Shown here one piece after another: positions 54,318-60,354 of a stretch of DNA of 60,354 nucleotides. Source of the DNA: an uncultured Acidobacteriota bacterium (GTDB lineage Bacteria > Acidobacteriota > Vicinamibacteria > Fen-336 > JAGNNV01); NCBI GenBank assembly GCA_964396875.1, contig CAYNHK010000004.1, positions 1-60,354 of the forward strand, in the 5' to 3' direction. The translations under genes and the position numbers were made by a program. Within the stretch, counting starts at the first letter, position 1. Each line of letters opens with the position of its first letter. The notes beneath the pieces are model-generated. The model did no database searches and was not told the origin of the DNA. It saw only the letters and a list, made by a program, of their open reading frames with translations.

Positions 54318-56512
54318 GTTCGGTCGAGCTCTCGGTCGTCGTCCCCTGCTACAACGAAGCGGGAAACCTGCCCGAACTGGTGGCCCGGCTGCGGAGCGTC
54401 TTCGACAAGAGGAAGGTCCGGGGGGAGATCGTCCTCGTGAACGACGGCAGCCGTGACGAGACCGGCAGCGTCATCGACGCCCTCGCGAAAACCCATCCCG
54501 AGGTGGTTCCCGTCCACCACGAAACGAACCGCGGTCTGGCCGCAGGCTGGGACTCGGGCGTCGCGAAAGCCACCGGCACCTACGTCTGTCTCATCGACGC
54601 GGACCTTCAGTATCAGCCCGAGGACGTGGGCCGGCTGCATCGGGAGTTGCTGCACACCCGCGTCGACATGGTCCAGGGATCGCGAAGCCTGATCGGGCGG
54701 CAGAGGGATTCGCGCTACCACCTCTCTCGCGGTCTCAACACGCTTCTCAACACGATGTTCGGGATGCGACTTCGCGACAACAAGTCGGGCTTCGTGATCG
54801 CCCGGCGAGAGACGCTCGCCGACATCCTTCATCGTCGGCTGAAATACGCTTACTTCCAGACCTTCATCGCGGTTTCCGCGCACGCGAAGGGCTACTCGAT
54901 CCGTGAGATCGAAACCGTGTTCGAGAACCGCCTGGTCGGCCAGAGCTTCATCCCGAGCTTTCCACTTCGCCTGATCGCTCGCGTCCTCACCGATCTCGCC
55001 AAAGGCTTCGTCGAATTCCGTCTCGCGCCCAAGCAGGAGAGCCTCGTCGCGGACTTTCTCTCCCGTCACCCGCCCTCCCGGACCGATCCCGAGATCTCGT
55101 GGTCGAGACGGCTGCGGCGCGCTGTCTACTTCCGGACGATGCCCCTGCATGCGTGGCTGCTGACCCGCCGCACCGAGCTTTACTACCGTGAACTGAAGCG
55201 CAGCCAGTGGCTGTCTCTCACGCAGATGCGCCTCCTTCAGGAGGAGAAGCTCCGGCGGCTGATCCGGCACGCCTATCACCACGTGGGCTATTACCGCGAG
55301 AGGATGGATGCGCTCGGCCTCAAGCCCGAAGACATCATGGGCCTCGCGGACATGGCGAAGCTTCCGCTCCTCGGCAAGGCGGATGTGCGCGAGAACCTCC
55401 ATTTCGACCTTCTCTCCGACAACCACGACAACGATCGCATCCTCCGCATCGCCACCTCGGGCTCAACCGGCGAGCCTTTCGTCTGCTACGCCGATCAGCA
55501 TCAGCTGGAAATCCGACTGGCCTCGACACTGCGCGCAATGGAGTGGACGGGCTGGCAGTTCGGGGACCGACAGGCGCGACTATGGCATCAGACCCTCGGT
55601 ATGAGCCGGTCCCAGGTCGCCAGAGAGCGCTTCGATGCGTGGCTCCTGCGCAGACTGTTCGTGCCCGCGTTCGAGATGTCCGAGGGCGCCATGGCCGCGT
55701 TCCTCGGTCGCCTGGCCGCGTTCGATCCGGTTCTGATCGACGGCTACGCGGAATCGTTCAATTACCTCGCGGGACACCTGGGCTCGGCGAAGAGCCGGCC
55801 CGGCCTCCGCCCGCGCGGCATCATCTCCTCCGCTCAGGCGCTGCCCGAGGAAAGTCGGCGGATCATCGAGGAGGCCTTCGGGGCGCGAGTGTTCGACAAA
55901 TACGGCAGCCGCGAGTTCTCCGGAATCGCCTACGAATGCGACGCGCACGAAGGCCATCACGTGATGGCCGAGAGCTACATCGTGGAGATCCTGAAGGACG
56001 GGCGTCCGGCCGCCCCCGGGGAGGTGGGCGAGGTGGTCATCACCGACCTCAACAACCTCTGCCTGCCTTTCATCCGTTACCGGGTCGGCGACCTGGCCGA
56101 GGCAATGGACGAGACGAAAGCGTGTCCTTGCGGCCGCGGCCTGCCCCGCGTTGGGCGCATCGAAGGTCGCGTCCAGTCGTTGGTGATCGGCGCGCATGGC
56201 CGCGTGATGCCCGGCACGTTCTTCTCGCACCTCTTCAAGGACTACGACTACCTCGTCCGCCAGTACCAGGTGGTGCAGGAGGAACGCGGCGCCATCGTCC
56301 TCAAGGTCGTCAAGGGCAGCCGATTCGCGCCTGACCTGTTCGAGCGGGAGATCCTCTCCGTGCTGCGCCAGTACCTCGGTGAGGAAACACGTATCGACGT
56401 TCAGTTCGTAGACCTCATCCCCCTCGTGCGGACCGGCAAGAGACAGGCGGTGATCTCGAAGCTGAGTCTCGATTTCCAGAAACTCCAGTATCCCGATACT
56501 CCCAAACCATGA
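54287..56512 (+). CDS. Fusion: GT2 polyprenyl-phosphate glycosyltransferase (DPM1/ArnC-like) + CapK/PaaK-like adenylate-forming enzyme
   Basis: N-terminal part: LSVVVPCYNEAGNL...VNDGSRDET...DADLQYQPED (DAD at nt 54596-54604). C-terminal part: phenylacetate-CoA-ligase/CapK pattern with the AMP motif TSGSTGEP (nt 55454-55477). The start may be GTG at 54314, which overlaps the epimerase stop as GTGA. Confidence 0.82.
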   Translation: MGVDPHAAFVSSVELSVVVPCYNEAGNLPELVARLRSVFDKRKVRGEIVLVNDGSRDETGSVIDALAKTHPEVVPVHHETNRGLAAGWDSGVAKATGTYVCLIDADLQYQPEDVGRLHRELLHTRVDMVQGSRSLIGRQRDSRYHLSRGLNTLLNTMFGMRLRDNKSGFVIARRETLADILHRRLKYAYFQTFIAVSAHAKGYSIREIETVFENRLVGQSFIPSFPLRLIARVLTDLAKGFVEFRLAPKQESLVADFLSRHPPSRTDPEISWSRRLRRAVYFRTMPLHAWLLTRRTELYYRELKRSQWLSLTQMRLLQEEKLRRLIRHAYHHVGYYRERMDALGLKPEDIMGLADMAKLPLLGKADVRENLHFDLLSDNHDNDRILRIATSGSTGEPFVCYADQHQLEIRLASTLRAMEWTGWQFGDRQARLWHQTLGMSRSQVARERFDAWLLRRLFVPAFEMSEGAMAAFLGRLAAFDPVLIDGYAESFNYLAGHLGSAKSRPGLRPRGIISSAQALPEESRRIIEEAFGARVFDKYGSREFSGIAYECDAHEGHHVMAESYIVEILKDGRPAAPGEVGEVVITDLNNLCLPFIRYRVGDLAEAMDETKACPCGRGLPRVGRIEGRVQSLVIGAHGRVMPGTFFSHLFKDYDYLVRQYQVVQEERGAIVLKVVKGSRFAPDLFEREILSVLRQYLGEETRIDVQFVDLIPLVRTGKRQAVISKLSLDFQKLQYPDTPKP

Positions 56513-56542
56513 GCACGTAGCGCTCGATCTGAGGCACAAACG

Positions 56543-57907
56543 ATGAAGCTGGCAAAGACGATTCTTGGACTTTCCCTGGCCGCGGCCATGGCGCCGCCCG
56601 CCCCCGCGGCGACCGCTGTGATCATGCCGGCGAAACTTCCCTCCCTGCGCGAGCAGGACGCGATCCGCCAGGAGTGGCTGAAGCTCCGGCTGGAACGTGT
56701 GCTTCCAACACTGATGCGGCGGCACGGCGTTTCGATGTGGCTGGTGATCAATCGGGAGTACAACGAAGACCCGGTGTTCCGATCGCTGATCTCGCCTTCG
56801 GTGATGTACGCCCGTCGGCGGACGATCCTGGTCTTCTTCGACCGGGGTGGCGACAAGGGGATCGAACGCCTCGCCCTGGGCGGCGGCACGAACGGGGGTC
56901 TTTACGAGATGTACCGCGATCCGGACAACGCCGGCCGCGAGATCATGGGCGATTCGCAGTGGCAGACGCTGCGCAAGGTCATCGAGCAGAGGAAGCCGAG
57001 CACGATCGCGATCAACGTCTCTCATACGCACGCCTTCTCTGACGGCCTGTCTGCAGGCGAACGGGAGCAGCTCGAATCGGCGCTTGGCCCATGGACCTCG
57101 AAACTGGTGCGCGCGGAGAACCTGCCGCTCGAGTACATCTCCGTGCGTCTGCCGGAGATGGAGCCCCATTACGTCGCGATGATGAAGACCGTCCACGCTC
57201 TCATCGCTCGCGCTTTCTCGAACGAGGTCATCACTCCGGCGAAGACCACGACGAAAGACGTCGAGTGGTGGCTGCGCCAGACCGTCAACGACATGGGCCT
57301 TGGCGAGTGGTTCCCTCCGACCGTCTCCGTACAGCGACCGGAGCGGCAGGCGACAGAGTTCGCGGCGACAGCGCGTCCCGCGGCCGAGGTAATTCAGCGG
57401 GGTGACCACCTCCACGTCGACTTCGGTATCTACGCGATGGGCCTCGCTACCGATACCCAGCACGTGGGCTATGTGCTCAAGGAGGGCGAGAAGGATGTGC
57501 CCGCCGGGCTTCAAAAAGCGCTCGCCAACTCGAATCGCATGCAGGACATCGCGTTTGAAGAGATGCGGCCGGGCCGAAGCGGCAACGAAGTCCTCGCCTC
57601 GATGCTCGCGCAGATGAAGAAGGAAGGCATCGAAGGCACGATGTACACGCATCCGGTCAACGATTACGGCCACGGCGCCGGTCCGCTCATCGGCCTCTGG
57701 GACCGCCAGGAGGGCGTGCCTGGCCGCGGTGATGTGCTCCTCCTCCCGAGCACCTGGTTCTCGATCGAGCTGCAGGCCACCACTGCCGTACCGGAATGGG
57801 GCGGACAGCGGGTGCGCTCCGCGCAGGAGGAGGACGCGATCCTCGGCCCGGAAGGAAAGATGCGCTGGGTGTTGAGCCGCCAGACGAAGTACCACCTCGT
57901 CAAGTAA
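56543..57907 (+). CDS. Exported M24-family metallopeptidase (Xaa-Pro aminopeptidase/creatinase-like)
   Basis: Signal peptide MKLAKTILGLSLAAAMA. A pita-bread-type metal-ligand spacing is suggested by HLHVDFG...ATDTQH...HPVNDYGHG...SIELQ...QEED. Confidence 0.8.
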   Translation: MKLAKTILGLSLAAAMAPPAPAATAVIMPAKLPSLREQDAIRQEWLKLRLERVLPTLMRRHGVSMWLVINREYNEDPVFRSLISPSVMYARRRTILVFFDRGGDKGIERLALGGGTNGGLYEMYRDPDNAGREIMGDSQWQTLRKVIEQRKPSTIAINVSHTHAFSDGLSAGEREQLESALGPWTSKLVRAENLPLEYISVRLPEMEPHYVAMMKTVHALIARAFSNEVITPAKTTTKDVEWWLRQTVNDMGLGEWFPPTVSVQRPERQATEFAATARPAAEVIQRGDHLHVDFGIYAMGLATDTQHVGYVLKEGEKDVPAGLQKALANSNRMQDIAFEEMRPGRSGNEVLASMLAQMKKEGIEGTMYTHPVNDYGHGAGPLIGLWDRQEGVPGRGDVLLLPSTWFSIELQATTAVPEWGGQRVRSAQEEDAILGPEGKMRWVLSRQTKYHLVK

Positions 57908-57940
57908 GCGCGGGAGGACGGAGAAGGCAAACAAGGCACC

Positions 57941-59122
57941 ATGGGAGAGCCTCCGGACCCGCAGAGCGCGCGAGCGATCCGCGGTTTCGTCGCGCCTCGC
58001 ACTCTCCTCAACGAAGTGCAGAACACGGCGCCCTGGTTGCCTGCTCCCCGCGAGGCGCCTTCGGGCGACGTGCGGGCGATGGCGGGCGGGCCGCTTGGAT
58101 TCCTGAGCATCCTCGCGGGGTTCCGCCAGAAAGGAGCCGCCGAACAGGCCCTGGCGAACGATCGGACCCTCGACTATTTCGGTCTCTGCCTCGCTTGTCA
58201 TCACGCCACCGTCGCGACATTCGTGCCTACGGATGTCGACACGAAGATCCGGGGTCTCCTTTGGCGCCTGATCAAGGACCCGGCCCAACTCGACCCGGTG
58301 ATCGAACTGACCGAGGCCTTTTGCTCCTGGGATGTCGGGTCGGTTTCGCGTCGCACGGTGGCCGCGGAAGGCCTGGGCCTTTTTGCCGGCCATCACGGCG
58401 AGCGACTCTCCGTTCTGGTCGCGGCTCTCGGCCGAGCGATTCATCTGGGACGGACCGACCTTGAAGGTCGGCTGCGCGGTCACATCGTGGCCGAACTCGA
58501 ACGCGAGTCCTTGGGACTGAATGTTCTGCTTCAGGCAAGGAACGAACTCGACGTGCTCCGAATGGCCGCGGTCATGACACACAACGCCGGCGATATCGAT
58601 CAATCGATCTCGTTCTGGCCCCAGTCTCCCGCGCATACCTCCGCGGCTTCGGACATCAAGCGCCTCGCCCACGAAAATGTCCGCCCCTGGGGCGGCAGCT
58701 TTGCCCTGGCCGCGCGTATCTACAAGGCGACACTCGCACCCGAAGGCCACCGGAACTACCCACTTCGACCCGTCAAGTGCCTGCGTCAGTCCTTCGATTT
58801 CCTGATCGAGACCGCGCCGTTTCTCGACGACTGGGGTGAGAGGGTCGCGCGCGATCCGCGGCTTGAAGACGCCGACCGCAGTGAGGTTCTCGAAGCCCTT
58901 GTGATCGGGTCGCGCAAGATCGATGGCCAACGCGGATATCAACGGGCCGTCGCGGGAATGCTCCAGGGCCTCGGCAACCGAACGGAAAGTGTCGTGGCAA
59001 AGATGTCGGCGCGGGCCCGGAGCGAGTTCAAGTCGGCGGACCTTCGAAAGTCGGTGGCGGTGCCCCGCGTGTCTTTCGAGTCGTCGATGAAATCGATGCT
59101 CCGCAAGGTCCTGGATTCCTGA
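57941..59122 (+). CDS. Hypothetical cytoplasmic protein, 393 aa, no recognised domain
   Basis: No signal peptide, balanced mostly helical composition, GC3-rich codons. Contains CLACHH and several conserved-looking His residues. Family not recognised. Confidence 0.55.
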   Translation: MGEPPDPQSARAIRGFVAPRTLLNEVQNTAPWLPAPREAPSGDVRAMAGGPLGFLSILAGFRQKGAAEQALANDRTLDYFGLCLACHHATVATFVPTDVDTKIRGLLWRLIKDPAQLDPVIELTEAFCSWDVGSVSRRTVAAEGLGLFAGHHGERLSVLVAALGRAIHLGRTDLEGRLRGHIVAELERESLGLNVLLQARNELDVLRMAAVMTHNAGDIDQSISFWPQSPAHTSAASDIKRLAHENVRPWGGSFALAARIYKATLAPEGHRNYPLRPVKCLRQSFDFLIETAPFLDDWGERVARDPRLEDADRSEVLEALVIGSRKIDGQRGYQRAVAGMLQGLGNRTESVVAKMSARARSEFKSADLRKSVAVPRVSFESSMKSMLRKVLDS

Positions 59123-59158
59123 CCCCCTCGGACGAACCCTGTCGCCTGTGATATATCT

Positions 59159-59180
59159 TTAATGAGAGCCTATTCATTAA
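59159..59180. promoter_or_regulatory. Perfect inverted repeat TTAATGA-N8-TCATTAA in an AT-rich island upstream of the acyl-CoA dehydrogenase gene (putative repressor operator)
   Basis: Read directly: 59159-59165 TTAATGA and 59174-59180 TCATTAA. It lies 28 nt upstream of the GTG start at 59208. The surrounding 59150-59190 stretch is by far the most AT-rich in the window (GATATATCTTTAATGA...). Confidence 0.55.
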
Positions 59181-59207
59181 TAGACATTCCGAGAGGCAGG
59201 GACTCCC

Positions 59208-60354
59208 GTGACCGATACAAGAACGCAAGCGAAGGACGCCGGCAAGAACGTCAGCGAGCTTGAAGCCCGCCAGGTCGCGGAGGCCGCACGCGAGACGCAG
59301 TGGAAGCACCCGAGCTTCGTCAAGGAACTCTTTCTGGGCAACTTCCGGCTCGACCTCATCCATCCGTATCCGCTCACCGGCGACGAACGTCCCGAGTTCC
59401 GCGAGTTCTACGAGAAGTTCAAGACATTCCTGAAGAACGAAGTCGATCCCGCGGAGATCGACCGGACCGGCGAGTATCCCGAGCATGTGCTCGATGGCCT
59501 GAGGAAGCTCGGAGCCTTCGGCATGAAGGTTCCGAAGGAGTATGGCGGCCTCGGTTTCACCAACGTCGAGTACAACCGGGTCATGAAGCTGCTCGGCACG
59601 TACTGCGGCAATGTGGGCGCCCTGCTCTCCGCGCATCAGTCGATCGGCGTCCCCCAGCCTCTCAAGCTCTTCGGCACGCCCGAACAGAAGAAGAAGTACC
59701 TTCCCCGCTGCGCCAGGGGCGAGATCTCGGCCTTCGCCTTGACCGAACTCGGCGTCGGCTCCGACCCCGCGCGCGTCACGACCACCGCGGTCAAGACCGA
59801 AGACGGCTCGGCGTACATCCTCAACGGCACCAAGCTGTGGACCACGAACGGGACGCTCGCGAAGCTGCTCGTCGTGATGGCCTCCGACCCGAAGACCCAT
59901 AAGATTTCCGCGTTCATCGTGGAGACCGAGTGGAAGGGCGTCAGCGTCCTCAACCGGTGCCGATTCATGGGTTTGAAGGCGCTCTCGAACGCGGTCATCA
60001 ACTTCGAGAATGTTCGCGTTCCCGTGGAGAACCTCGTCGGGGGCGAAGGTCGAGGTCTCAAGATCGCGCTCACCACACTGAATGACGGGCGGCTCTCTAT
60101 CCCGAACATCTCCGCCGGCACCGCCAAAGCGGCGCTCGAAACCGTTCGCGTCTGGGCGGCCTCGCGCGTTCAATGGGGGCGGCCGGTCGGGCGTCACGAA
60201 GCGGTCGGTCACAAGATCGCGGACATGGCGGCCACCGGCTTCGCAATGGAAGCGCTCGTCGAACTCGCGACCCAGATGTCCGATCGCGGGGGCGCGGATA
60301 TCCGCCTCGAGGCGGCTGCGGCCAAGGAGTGGAACAGCGCGCGCGGCTGGGAGA
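59208..60354 (+). CDS. Acyl-CoA dehydrogenase (long-chain/ACAD9-like), 3' end outside the window
   Basis: Hand translation from GTG 59208 gives [10 protein letters not shown]...[14 protein letters not shown]...LSAHQSIG...[18 protein letters not shown]...[11 protein letters not shown]...[17 protein letters not shown], typical ACAD motifs. The frame is open to the window end. Confidence 0.9.
   Translation, partial: MTDTRTQAKDAGKNVSELEARQVAEAARETQWKHPSFVKELFLGNFRLDLIHPYPLTGDERPEFREFYEKFKTFLKNEVDPAEIDRTGEYPEHVLDGLRKLGAFGMKVPKEYGGLGFTNVEYNRVMKLLGTYCGNVGALLSAHQSIGVPQPLKLFGTPEQKKKYLPRCARGEISAFALTELGVGSDPARVTTTAVKTEDGSAYILNGTKLWTTNGTLAKLLVVMASDPKTHKISAFIVETEWKGVSVLNRCRFMGLKALSNAVINFENVRVPVENLVGGEGRGLKIALTTLNDGRLSIPNISAGTAKAALETVRVWAASRVQWGRPVGRHEAVGHKIADMAATGFAMEALVELATQMSDRGGADIRLEAAAAKEWNSARGWE

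Noticed and set aside
55580-58942. 1120-aa minus-strand ORF
   Set aside because: It lies antisense to three plus-strand genes with recognisable domains (CapK-like, M24 peptidase, 393-aa ORF). The composition is low-complexity and Arg/Gly-rich, so this is a shadow ORF.
1-60354. CRISPR arrays, rRNA/tRNA genes, insertion sequences, integrases, prophage or toxin-antitoxin modules
   Set aside because: None were found by eye. The only exact short tandem repeat is the 2 x 13 bp at 10529-10554, which has no spacers. No transposase or recombinase-like translation appears in any frame of the ORF track. A tRNAscan/Infernal run would be needed to rule out small RNAs formally.

Overview
This is a high-GC, densely coding bacterial chromosomal window. 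I call about 40 protein-coding genes and found no rRNA, tRNA, CRISPR array, transposase or integrase by eye. The gene content looks Acidobacteria-like: two ADOP-type duplicated orphan MacB/FtsX permeases, a DUF1592/DUF1552 pair, and an Oar-like TonB-dependent receptor with a carboxypeptidase-regulatory N-terminus. Recognisable housekeeping content includes a fadI / CoA-transferase / fadJ beta-oxidation block coupled to DHH, DUF3052 and MFS genes (51-7757, minus strand). It also includes upp, a MocR-type regulator, a MutS-related ATPase, an M24 peptidase and a partial acyl-CoA dehydrogenase at the 3' edge. The most interesting feature is a 15.4-kb, five-gene, translationally coupled minus-strand operon (36095-51454). 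All five products carry export signals: a membrane-anchored beta-propeller, a VIT+VWA protein, a 2567-aa all-helical giant, a 542-aa unknown protein, and a PBP-like/SpoIID fusion. I cannot assign this combination to any named system. Only 28 bp away and divergent sits a glycan-modification cluster: a polytopic GT-C-like membrane protein, an SDR epimerase, and an unusual GT2-CapK/PaaK-like adenylating fusion. Other notable loci are listed here.
- An orphan lipidated secretin with a LolA-like partner.
- A DUF1592/DUF1552 pair extended by an exported ankyrin protein.
- An operon combining an orphan MacB-type permease with FG-GAP and PD40 propellers.
- A 5'-truncated amidohydrolase relic.
- A perfect palindromic operator upstream of the acyl-CoA dehydrogenase.
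All functional calls come from reading motifs in the supplied translations. No database search was run.
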